This document shows, one piece after another, positions 19,786-27,787 of a stretch of DNA of 64,000 bases. The notes under the pieces are model-generated. The model was not told where the DNA came from. It did no database searches and was given only the letters and a program-made list of their open reading frames with translations. Both the position numbers and the translations under genes were made by a program. The stretch is from Chloroflexota bacterium (GTDB lineage: Bacteria > Chloroflexota > Anaerolineae > Aggregatilineales > J027), in NCBI GenBank assembly GCA_024434115.1, contig QMIT01000003.1, positions 157,282 to 221,281 of the forward strand, read 5' to 3'. The stretch's first letter is position 1. Every line of letters starts with the position of its first letter.

Positions 19786-21009
19786 TTATTCCGCGAGAAT
19801 TTCTTCGGCAATTGCTACTGAGTCTTCCAAAACCTCTTCAGGCAGCATATTGCCAGCCATCGCTTCTCTCAGGCCATTGTTGAAGGTGTCGGTGAAATCA
19901 CCAAAGCCGACCGGGAATTGCCAACGATGAGCGTTCGCTGCACCCGTAACGAAGGCTTCAAATTCTAGGCCACGAGTTTCCAGCCAGATTTCGGCGGCAT
20001 CTTGACGGGCAGGCATCACACCAAAACCAGCTTCGGCAACCATCGTCGCGCCTTCTGGCCCCGTAAGGAAGTTTACCAACGCCCATGATTCTTCAGGGTG
20101 ATCGTTATCCTCGGAGACCCCATAGCATACCGTGAAGGCCATTGTGGCTTCACCAGCGGGGCCGGCGGGCAGTTCGACCACACCATATTGGATATCGGGA
20201 TAGTTTTCCTCAATGGCACCGATAACCCAGTTACCTTCCATTGCCATCGCGGCACGACCAATTCCAAAGGCCTCACCACCCCAACCCGCATCGAGTTCGG
20301 ATGGAGGTGCGGCAATACCGTCTTCCACCATACCCAGATAGAATTCAAGGGCAGCTAGGGCTTCTTCACTGTCGAAGGTCACTTCGGTACCATCTTCGCT
20401 CAACACAGAGCCACCTGCCTGATAGAGGAAGGGCAACCAACGTGGCAGTTCGGGCGGAACCACCAACCCTACAGTGTCACCGTTGGTGAGGGCTTCAGCG
20501 GCGGCAGTCAGATCGTCCCACGTCCAGTCATTGGTTGGGTATTCCAGACCAGCGGCATCAAACAGGGCTTTATTGTATTGCAAAGCCATTGTCGAAAAGT
20601 CTTTGGGTGGGCAATAGAATGTGTCATCAATCGTGAACACATCCACTAGAGAGGGGAAAAAGCCTTCTGGGTCAACGATCATGTCACCCCCAGCGGCGAT
20701 TACACCAGCATCCACAAAATCCGGTAGGCGGCTGCTGTCTGCATAAAAGACATTCGGCGCATCTCCACTGGCAAATGCTGCTTGGAGCGTCGTGTCATAT
20801 TCGGGGACAAGTTGTAAATCAACATCAATATTTGGATTGGCCTCTTCAAAGGCTGCAATCATTTCTTCGAGCGCCGCATTTTCGGCTGCAGAGGATGACC
20901 ATCCCATCAATTGGATAGTCACTGTATCTTGGGCGCGGCTGGAGGGAACACGGGCAAAAACTGCGAGAGCGAGGGTTAAGACAAGTACGAGCGCTAGTGA
21001 GCGTTTCAT
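19786..21009 (-). CDS. ABC transporter extracellular solute-binding protein (family 1, sugar)
   Basis: Signal peptide MKRSLALVLVLTLALAVFA. AGGAGG RBS lies before ATG 21009. First gene of the operon. Confidence 0.9.
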   Translation of the reverse strand: MKRSLALVLVLTLALAVFARVPSSRAQDTVTIQLMGWSSSAAENAALEEMIAAFEEANPNIDVDLQLVPEYDTTLQAAFASGDAPNVFYADSSRLPDFVDAGVIAAGGDMIVDPEGFFPSLVDVFTIDDTFYCPPKDFSTMALQYNKALFDAAGLEYPTNDWTWDDLTAAAEALTNGDTVGLVVPPELPRWLPFLYQAGGSVLSEDGTEVTFDSEEALAALEFYLGMVEDGIAAPPSELDAGWGGEAFGIGRAAMAMEGNWVIGAIEENYPDIQYGVVELPAGPAGEATMAFTVCYGVSEDNDHPEESWALVNFLTGPEGATMVAEAGFGVMPARQDAAEIWLETRGLEFEAFVTGAANAHRWQFPVGFGDFTDTFNNGLREAMAGNMLPEEVLEDSVAIAEEILAE

Positions 21010-21053
21010 CAAAAAACCTCCTAAAAAATCTCACTTGTTCAAGATGCTCTAAG

Positions 21054-21079
21054 GTGAAACGATTTACTGAAACGTTTCA
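21054..21079. promoter_or_regulatory. tandem LacI-type operators upstream of the disaccharide operon
   Basis: GTGAAACGATTTAC (21054-21067, imperfect) is directly followed by the perfect 12-bp palindrome TGAAACGTTTCA (21068-21079), 45-70 bp upstream of the SBP start. Confidence 0.6.
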
Positions 21080-21088
21080 CTAAAATCA

Positions 21089-21117
21089 TATTCTGACGCA
21101 TCTCCCAAACCTTGTCA
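21089..21117 (-). promoter_or_regulatory. candidate sigma-70 promoter of the disaccharide operon
   Basis: The minus strand reads TTGACA (21117-21112), a 17-nt spacer, then CAGAAT (21094-21089). The operators sit just downstream. Confidence 0.4.
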
Positions 21118-21143
21118 AGTAGCTTGCCAAGATTTGTAGCTAA

Positions 21144-22015
21144 GAATCCATCTGAAAATTAAGCAGGGAAGCGTCGGAGCAAGGTAAAAATGGAAGCGAG
21201 ATAGATCATGGCCTCACTACACAAGGGCGAACGCTCATAGTCTCCGAAACTTGCCTAACCAAGCAAAAGTGCGTTCAACGACCCAGCGCCGGGGTTGGAC
21301 CTCAAAACCAACCTGATCCGGCTGGGCGGTGACAATCTCGAGTTGAATGTGGAACTGCTCGTGCAACCAATCAGCCAGTTTGCCTTGATAGCTATGATCA
21401 GCCCAGAGGTGGAGCAAGCGCATGGCAAGCGTGCGCTCCAGTTTGGTCAAGACCGCTTTAGCACCCGTCACATCCGAGCGATTGGCGGCCAGCACGACTA
21501 CTTCCAAGAGATTGCCCAAGGTATCGACCAAGACATGGCGTTTGCGTCCTTGCACTTTTTTGTGTCCATCATAGCCGCGTTCTGGCCCACTCCCGCTCGT
21601 TTTCACGCTTTGGCTATCCAGTACCCCGGCACTGGGACGGGCAAAGCGCTCCAACCGCCGCCGTTCCAGATACACCATCGCCCGATTGATCCGCTGCCAT
21701 GTCCCATCCTGACTCCATTTGCGAAAATGATAGTACACACTCTTGGGGTGGGGATACTCTTTGGGCAAATTGTGCCATTGACAGCCTGTCACCAGCACAT
21801 ACAGGATCGCATTCACCACCGCCCGCTGGCTCAGGCTCATCGGTCGCCCCGCTCCTTTCCGTTTGGGCAGCAACCCCTTCAGCCTTGCCCATTGTCCATC
21901 ACTCAATTCACTAGTATATCTTCTGCTTTTGTGCGACACTTGTTTCGTTCCTATTCGGTAATTGGGTCTTTCGCAATTCCCTTATTCTACCGAATAGGAA
22001 TTTTCAGATGGATTC
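21144..22015 (-). mobile_element. IS5-family insertion sequence (872 bp)
   Basis: Perfect 17-bp terminal inverted repeats GAATCCATCTGAAAATT (21144-21160) and AATTTTCAGATGGATTC (21999-22015). Flanked by TAA direct repeats (21141-21143 and 22016-22018). Encodes a DDE transposase. Confidence 0.85.
21159..21939 (-). pseudogene. IS5-family (DUF4096 + DDE_Tnp_1) transposase with a frameshifted C-terminus
   Basis: The GTG-start ORF ...CQWHNLPKEYPHPKSVYYHFRKW...ERTFAWLGKFRRL stops at 21235. The expected tail DYERSPLCSEAMIYLASIFTLLRRFPA continues in another frame down to TAA at 21161-21159 inside the inverted repeat. Confidence 0.75.
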
Positions 22016-22099
22016 TAATTACCCTTGACAAAACTATCTATAAACATTGTGAGGTATGTTGCTGAATTGCTGTCTAATCCGCTAGATGTATATTGGCTA

Positions 22100-22915
22100 T
22101 CAATCATCCTCACCACCCTCGTTGTCATTATTGCCATCGCTGTTGCCGTTCTCATCGCTACCATGCCCGCTGTCGTCGGTGTCATTGTCATTTTCATTGC
22201 TATTACCATTGTCGTCATCACTTTCGCTGTTATCGTCATCCGTCGGCAGGGGGTTTTGAGATGGCAAAGGTGTTGGGTTGGCAGGGCGGGGTGTTAGTGT
22301 CATGGATGGGCTAGGTGTACTTGTGCGACTAGCAGTTACCGTCCTTGTGCCAGTCACTGTGCGGGTAATAGAGGCTGTAGTAGTTGGTGTTGAAGTACGC
22401 GACAGACTAGCAGTTGGCGAACTGGTGGAAGTGGGAGTCAGAGAGGTAGTAACAGTGGCTGAGGGTGTGACTGAGAGCGTTGGGGTAGAGGTCGCGGTCA
22501 ATATAGCTGTCGGCGAATAGGTCATGGTGGGTTGCGCTGATGGGGTCCCAAAGTGTATATCATCATTGTCCAGATCAATAATCCCCGTTGCGATCAATCC
22601 AGCGCCACTACCAATAATACAGAGGCAGGTCAGCATTAGGGCGGCGGCAATATTTAAAATAGGGGGCAAAGGATAGATTCTACGCCTAGGGGTGGCACGA
22701 TATTCCCGCAGCACCTCAGATCGTAGGCGGTTTTGCGATTCGGCAATCTCGGCTGAGGGCACACGTATCCGCTGAATACCGCGTGTAATCTCCAACATAG
22801 GCCGTAGCGTGTCGGCGTAGCGGGGATATTGGCGCAAAATATCCTCAACCGACTGACCCGCTTGGAGTCGTTCAACACAATCGTTAAATATATCTACCAT
22901 AGGACGATCAGCCAT
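22100..22915 (-). CDS. putative anti-sigma factor: cytoplasmic helix, single TM, T/S/P-rich linker, D/N/S/G acidic tail
   Basis: Overlaps the ECF sigma gene by 8 nt. N-terminus FNDCVERLQAGQSVEDILRQYPRYADTLRPMLE resembles anti-sigma proteins found next to ECF sigmas. TM segment ILNIAAALMLTCLCIIGSGAGLIATGII. Confidence 0.6.
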   Translation of the reverse strand: MADRPMVDIFNDCVERLQAGQSVEDILRQYPRYADTLRPMLEITRGIQRIRVPSAEIAESQNRLRSEVLREYRATPRRRIYPLPPILNIAAALMLTCLCIIGSGAGLIATGIIDLDNDDIHFGTPSAQPTMTYSPTAILTATSTPTLSVTPSATVTTSLTPTSTSSPTASLSRTSTPTTTASITRTVTGTRTVTASRTSTPSPSMTLTPRPANPTPLPSQNPLPTDDDNSESDDDNGNSNENDNDTDDSGHGSDENGNSDGNNDNEGGEDD

Positions 22916-23519
22916 AGGATTCCTCCTTGCGATTCGCGTTTAATAAGCGGCGCATGGATTCGACGGCACGAAATTGCATTGTTTTAATCGCCCCAATGGA
23001 TTTCCCCATGATGTCGGCGGTTTCTTCAAGGCTCAACTGCTGTCCAAAACGCAAGACTAAGACTTCCTGTTGGTCGGCAGTTAGGCGGCGCATGGCTTCG
23101 TGAATGGTGTGGCTGTTCAGATTATGTAAAAAAATGATCTCCGGGTCTTGATCAGAGGGGGCAGCAAACCATTCCTCCAATTCAATTTCTGGCTGCTGTT
23201 TGAGCTTGACATGATGTGTGGCGATAACATTCCGTGCCACTTTAAACAACCATCCACGTAAGCTATGTCGGGGAGCGTTGGGACCACGCAGGGCTTTAAC
23301 GAATTTGAAAAATACCTCACTGGCAAGGTCTTCGGCCTCGTGCCGGTCATTAACCCGCAGGCGGATGTATTCATAAATCGGTGGAAAATAGCTTTCATAA
23401 ATCTGCATCACGGCGGCCTCTTGCCCTTGTCGTGCAGCGGTGAGAAGCGCATCTTCTTCGGGAATATCCGGCAGTACCAATACGATCATGGGCCCCAACT
23501 TTGAACGGTTGACGGTCAA
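22908..23519 (-). CDS. RNA polymerase ECF-type sigma-70 factor
   Basis: Region 2 (IYESYFPPIYEYIRLRVNDRHEAEDLASEVFFKF) and region 4 (EVLVLRFGQQLSLEETADIMGKSIGAIKTMQFRA). Start is uncertain (TTG 23519 or ATG 23489). Confidence 0.9.
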   Translation of the reverse strand: MTVNRSKLGPMIVLVLPDIPEEDALLTAARQGQEAAVMQIYESYFPPIYEYIRLRVNDRHEAEDLASEVFFKFVKALRGPNAPRHSLRGWLFKVARNVIATHHVKLKQQPEIELEEWFAAPSDQDPEIIFLHNLNSHTIHEAMRRLTADQQEVLVLRFGQQLSLEETADIMGKSIGAIKTMQFRAVESMRRLLNANRKEESYG

Positions 23520-23556
23520 ACATGGTGATTATAACGAGAAGTATCTCAACGGGTAT

Positions 23557-25098
23557 TTATTGTTTGGGTGCAGGCAGAACCTCCCATACATAACAATTGA
23601 CATCACGATATACCATCCTAAGACGAGGGTCAGCGTCAGCAACGCGAGCAAACTTACGATGGCGGGTGTCGCTGATGATATATCGCGCCCCAAACTCCCT
23701 TTCAATAATCGCGGCGGGGTTTTCAATATCCCCCTGCGTGATGGCAACCCACTGATCCCAAAGGGTAGAGTCAAACCGCTGCATATAGGTTGGATCGAGT
23801 CCTACGAGATAACGATTATGTGTGTTGTGATAATACAGGTATGGGAAATCGTCCCAATCTGTCTGAAAAACCATCGAACCCGCTGGTGTATTTTTTTCCA
23901 ACCATGCCGATCCGCCAGCTAAATAATCGGGGTGAGTTGCATGGCTAATATCATCACGGGCGTTGATTACAGCGATACGAACCGTCATGGCGGCAAACAG
24001 TACCACGCCTGCTGATGTGACATACCGTAATCCACGAATTTGGGGCAGCAGATTGAAAAAATCGGCGGGTTCGCGTCCCCACGTTGCCGCTCCACAAAGC
24101 AATGCAAAGGCCGGAAAATATTCGATGAAACGGCGTGACCGAAACAACATGTAGAGGGTTAGAAGCGCGACCAAAAGCAGGGTGGTATTCATGTGGTCAG
24201 GTCGGCGGCGACTGAAACTTGACCATAATAGCCCCATTGCCAATAAAATAAGCGCTCCTTTGGAATTATCCAATAGCTGCTCCGTCGTATAGGGATACCA
24301 TTCATTGCCCACACGGATGCTGGTTTCAATATCGGTTTTCGCACCAAGATGCTCACCGATAAAAGCAAGGTTATCGGGGAAATAGGGGTTGATGACTAAA
24401 CCCAATACCACTCCGCCGAGGCTCAACACGACAGGTTGCCAAACAATCTCACGCCGTTCCAGCCAAACCGCCAGTGCGTAAAGAATCACAATAGCAGGCA
24501 GCAGTACAAATCCGTTGAATAACCATGCAAAGGCAAATCCGAGTGGCAGGATAGCCCGACGATGCCGTTGGAAAAGACAGTGCAAGCTGATGATTAAAAC
24601 CAGCAGGGCTGCACCTTGTGTTCGGGTCATGAGCAGGCGATAGGTAAAAGGACTGGATACCCCAAGTAATAACAGTGTCCATCCTAGCGGATAACGCACC
24701 CCGATGCCGCGCAGCAATACCCAAGTTGCTACAAATACCCCTGCGCCAATCAGCGCCGTTGCCAATTTCGCTCCGTCCATCCCACCATAATGAATCCAAG
24801 GGGCGAGATAAAGATGAAACAGTAAATGATGATCTACAAAATCATCTTGATTGAGGATGGTATAGGGTAGGGCTGTGAATTTCACTCGCAAACGTTGCTG
24901 TTCAATCATTTGGTCAGCGATCCGGGCATGATAGTAATCATCATTGCTCACGAAGCCGGGGGTTGCGCTGATCAACCACCATAAAATTGCTAATGCACCA
25001 GCAAATAACACGACGCCTTGACCGAAACTCACCCATGAGGCAAAGCCCAAACCAATCTTCGGTTGAGTCGCAGTAAATGTTGGGGCATTTAGGTTCAT
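23557..25098 (-). CDS. polytopic membrane protein, putative GT-C-fold glycosyltransferase (ArnT/PMT-like)
   Basis: More than 10 predicted TM helices. Acidic NDDYYH motif in the first external loop, as in GT-C enzymes. C-terminal soluble domain. ATG 25098 has an AGGAG RBS. Confidence 0.45.
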   Translation of the reverse strand: MNLNAPTFTATQPKIGLGFASWVSFGQGVVLFAGALAILWWLISATPGFVSNDDYYHARIADQMIEQQRLRVKFTALPYTILNQDDFVDHHLLFHLYLAPWIHYGGMDGAKLATALIGAGVFVATWVLLRGIGVRYPLGWTLLLLGVSSPFTYRLLMTRTQGAALLVLIISLHCLFQRHRRAILPLGFAFAWLFNGFVLLPAIVILYALAVWLERREIVWQPVVLSLGGVVLGLVINPYFPDNLAFIGEHLGAKTDIETSIRVGNEWYPYTTEQLLDNSKGALILLAMGLLWSSFSRRRPDHMNTTLLLVALLTLYMLFRSRRFIEYFPAFALLCGAATWGREPADFFNLLPQIRGLRYVTSAGVVLFAAMTVRIAVINARDDISHATHPDYLAGGSAWLEKNTPAGSMVFQTDWDDFPYLYYHNTHNRYLVGLDPTYMQRFDSTLWDQWVAITQGDIENPAAIIEREFGARYIISDTRHRKFARVADADPRLRMVYRDVNCYVWEVLPAPKQ

Positions 25099-25191
25099 AG
25101 GCTGTAGTCTCCTGATTAGGGTCAAGGACGAAAATTTCCCCTCCTCGCGTTGGGCAAAGGAGGGGTTATATTTGCTGGGGTTGTCTACGGT

Positions 25192-26298
25192 TTAGTCATC
25201 ATCGCCGCTGTCGTCATCTCCACCATGATCGTCGTTACTGTTGTTATCGTCGCCATGATCGTCATTTTGATTGTGGTCATCATCCCCGCCGTTGTCGTTC
25301 TCATTGGAATTCGCGGTGTTCTGATTGCTCTCGTCGCCATCGTCATCGTTGGAGTTATTGACATTGCTGTTGCTTTCATTTTCGTTCTCGTCCTCGTTTT
25401 CATTCTCATTCGAGTTCGAGTTGCTGACATTGTTGTCATCGTCATCATTCGAGTTATTGGAATTACTGTTGGAATTGGTGTTGCTGTTATCGTCGCTGCC
25501 ATCATCGTCGGAGCCGTCGTCATCATTGGGGCGGCTGTCATGTAGTTCAACTTCCCGCGCCACCAAGACCCCATCTACCAAACTCAGATGAACTTTGACT
25601 AAGGCACCCTCTACCAACATCCCTTTGATTTCAGCAGTGGCAATGTCAATCGTCAGACCAGATACCACAATCGTATCGTCATCAACGGACGTGAGTGTAC
25701 CAACCATCTCAAATTCACCGGGATGGCTGTCATTACCGTTGTCATCGTTGCTATCGTCAGAGTTGTCATCTTGGCTGTTGTCGTCAGTGCCGTCTTGAAC
25801 TTCCCGCGCTACCCACGATTCAACCCCTGCCGCGTCAGTCACCAATGACATATGCACTTTTACAATTGCGCCAACTTCCAAAACGAGGGTATCTTCCAAC
25901 TCGGCAGTCGTAATGTCAATCACAAGGCCGCCAATGGTAAGGGAATCCGTGTCAAAGGCTTCCACCGGGCCAACAATTTCAACCTCACCGGGTAAAAGTT
26001 CGCCTTCTTCAACTGATTTCACCTCACGGGCGACAATCGAACCATCCGCTTCGAGCGTCCCTTCAACTTTAACCACCCCTCCAACGGCGAGGGTTGTGTT
26101 TAGTTCGGCGACACTGATGTCAACAACCTGACCGTTGATGGTCAGCGTGGTGGTCGAGAGCGCTTCAATCTCACCCACCAATTCGATTTGTATAACATCA
26201 TCACCTGATTGAGCATAGATTTTGGGTAGGCCGATGAGCGTTGCAAGCAAGAGTGTTAAAGCGACTACCAATGCAGATCGGATAGATTTGGATACCAT
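25192..26298 (-). CDS. secreted protein with three DUF5666-like repeats and a long D/N/S-rich acidic tail
   Basis: Signal peptide. Three roughly 55-aa repeats ending in ...VAREV (e.g. TLTINGQVVDISVAELNTTLAVGGVVKVEGTLEADGSIVAREV). ATG 26298 has a GGAGG RBS. Confidence 0.7.
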   Translation of the reverse strand: MVSKSIRSALVVALTLLLATLIGLPKIYAQSGDDVIQIELVGEIEALSTTTLTINGQVVDISVAELNTTLAVGGVVKVEGTLEADGSIVAREVKSVEEGELLPGEVEIVGPVEAFDTDSLTIGGLVIDITTAELEDTLVLEVGAIVKVHMSLVTDAAGVESWVAREVQDGTDDNSQDDNSDDSNDDNGNDSHPGEFEMVGTLTSVDDDTIVVSGLTIDIATAEIKGMLVEGALVKVHLSLVDGVLVAREVELHDSRPNDDDGSDDDGSDDNSNTNSNSNSNNSNDDDDNNVSNSNSNENENEDENENESNSNVNNSNDDDGDESNQNTANSNENDNGGDDDHNQNDDHGDDNNSNDDHGGDDDSGDDD

Positions 26299-26496
26299 GT
26301 TATTCCTCCACAAGTGAACTAGGGATTTTCGTTCATGCAGCTATACCGACAGAAAATTTGTAAAAAGGTTACGGGTGAAAATTAGAAATTTCAAAATAGA
26401 GGAGTTTTACCCCTCTACGAGCTTAGGTTTTCCCGCTGCAATTCGCTTCTTCCAAGAAATATTTGACAAAAATTTTGAAGTGCGATACTCTTTTAT

Positions 26497-26512
26497 TTGA
26501 GAGCGCTCTCAA
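26497..26512. promoter_or_regulatory. LacI-type operator O1 (perfect palindrome TTGAGAGCGCTCTCAA) at the lacI-like gene promoter
   Basis: Perfect 16-bp palindrome, 24 bp upstream of ATG 26536. TTGACA at 26463-26468 and GATACT at 26484-26489 lie just upstream. Confidence 0.65.
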
Positions 26513-26535
26513 GTAGAAATGAGCGGTCACAAATT

Positions 26536-27600
26536 ATGAAAAAATTGACCTTAGAAGAAGTTGGAAAATTAGCTGGAGTTTCGAGGGCCACCGTTTCACG
26601 AGTTGTGAATGGGTATCCGCATATACGTCCTGAAATTCGTGAACGGGTCCAACGGGTGATTGATGAAACAGGGTATCGCCCAAATCTCCTAGCTCGCTCA
26701 CTGGCCTCAGATCGCTCCAATATTATCGGTCTCGTCATTCCAAGCGGCGCACAGGCCGTTTTCACCGACCCCTATTTCCCCTGTCTAACTCAAGGTATAG
26801 CACGCGGCGTCAACAGCAATAACCTAACCCTTGCTCTGTTTATGGTGCATTCCGAGCAGGAAGAAGAGCGTACCATCCTAAGTATTTTAGGCACGGGTTT
26901 GGTGGATGGCCTGATTGTAACCAGCGATAACAAGGGTGATGTTTTTATCCCCGAATTGCTAAAACACGATATGCCATTTGTCCAGATTGGCAGGTCACTT
27001 TATAGCAACCAAGTCTATCGTGTAGATACAGACAATGTTACGGGTAGCTACCTTGCCACCAAGCATCTCCTTTCATTGGGGTATCAACGCATCGCCACCA
27101 TCGCCACCAACCGCAACTGCTCCGGTGATGATCGTTTTACAGGTTATGCCAATGCTTTTGCCGAATACGGAAGGACTATTGATCGCCGACTGGTGGCCTA
27201 TGGAGACTACGGGCTTGAAAGCGGCTATCATGCAATGAGGCAGTTGATTCCACAGCGCCCAGATGCTGTCTTTGTTACGTCCGACACAATGGCTTTGGGT
27301 GCGCTCCGAGCCTTGCAGGAAGCTCAACTGCGTGTACCAGATGACATCGCCATCGTCGGCTACGATGATTTACCCCCGGCGGTGCAAGCCAATCCGCAAC
27401 TTACAACCATCCGCCAACCCATCGAGCAAACTGGATTTTTGGCGGTAGCAACCTTAGTCAAAATTCTATCCGGCGAACCACCAGAATCGCATGAAATTGT
27501 TTTGCCTGTCGAATTAGTGGTTCGTGCCAGTTGTGGTGCAGTGCGAATGAGTGCTGTAGAGTCTGCGATACAAAAAGTGAGTTATCAAGTCAATCCGTAG
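26536..27600 (+). CDS. LacI-family transcriptional regulator of the beta-glucan locus
   Basis: MKKLTLEEVGKLAGVSRATVSRVVNG HTH begins at ATG 26536, followed by a periplasmic-binding-protein-like effector domain. Confidence 0.9.
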   Translation: MKKLTLEEVGKLAGVSRATVSRVVNGYPHIRPEIRERVQRVIDETGYRPNLLARSLASDRSNIIGLVIPSGAQAVFTDPYFPCLTQGIARGVNSNNLTLALFMVHSEQEEERTILSILGTGLVDGLIVTSDNKGDVFIPELLKHDMPFVQIGRSLYSNQVYRVDTDNVTGSYLATKHLLSLGYQRIATIATNRNCSGDDRFTGYANAFAEYGRTIDRRLVAYGDYGLESGYHAMRQLIPQRPDAVFVTSDTMALGALRALQEAQLRVPDDIAIVGYDDLPPAVQANPQLTTIRQPIEQTGFLAVATLVKILSGEPPESHEIVLPVELVVRASCGAVRMSAVESAIQKVSYQVNP

Positions 27601-27620
27601 AGAGATTTTTTTCTCTCTAA

Positions 27621-27636
27621 TTGAGAGCGCTTTCAA
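27621..27636. promoter_or_regulatory. LacI-type operator O2 (TTGAGAGCGCTTTCAA, one mismatch)
   Basis: Same 16-mer with one substitution, 21 bp after the regulator stop. Confidence 0.55.
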
Positions 27637-27733
27637 AGATGCGCTTAGGTTCATGAGTTCAGAGTAAATCGAATAGGTGCAGGAGGTGTGAATGGTCTAA
27701 GGAGTAATAAAGTGGGATTTTTTTAGGGTGCTT

Positions 27734-27749
27734 TTGAGAGCGCTCTCAA
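27734..27749. promoter_or_regulatory. LacI-type operator O3 (perfect TTGAGAGCGCTCTCAA) upstream of the SBP gene
   Basis: Identical to O1. Lies 39 bp upstream of ATG 27788, with an AGGAG RBS in between. Confidence 0.65.
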
Positions 27750-27787
27750 GTTGATAGTGTATCAGAGTCTTTAGGAGAAAAAATACC

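Noticed and set aside
21295-22065. A 256-aa plus-strand ORF covering the IS element.
   Set aside because: It is antisense to a clearly recognisable DDE transposase and has no family resemblance. Long antisense ORFs are common in such sequence.
22015-22520. ORFs of 73-90 aa rich in I/V/T/H/C, overlapping the 3' end of the anti-sigma gene.
   Set aside because: These are the same low-complexity mirror effect, here from the acidic and T/S/P-rich tail. The 271-aa minus-strand ORF coupled to the sigma gene explains the region.
25150-25574. Highly hydrophobic I/V/A-rich ORFs (131 aa on plus, 129 aa on minus) that look like polytopic membrane peptides.
   Set aside because: They are alternative-frame or opposite-strand readings of the GAT/GAC/AAT/AGC-rich DNA that encodes the D/N/S tail of the DUF5666 protein. 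They have no RBS and no independent support.
26497-27749. Repeated 16-mer TTGAGAGCGCTCTCAA as a possible CRISPR or REP-type repeat.
   Set aside because: There are only three copies. Each is palindromic and positioned at promoters flanking a LacI gene, with irregular kb-scale and 113-bp spacing. I interpret them as operators.
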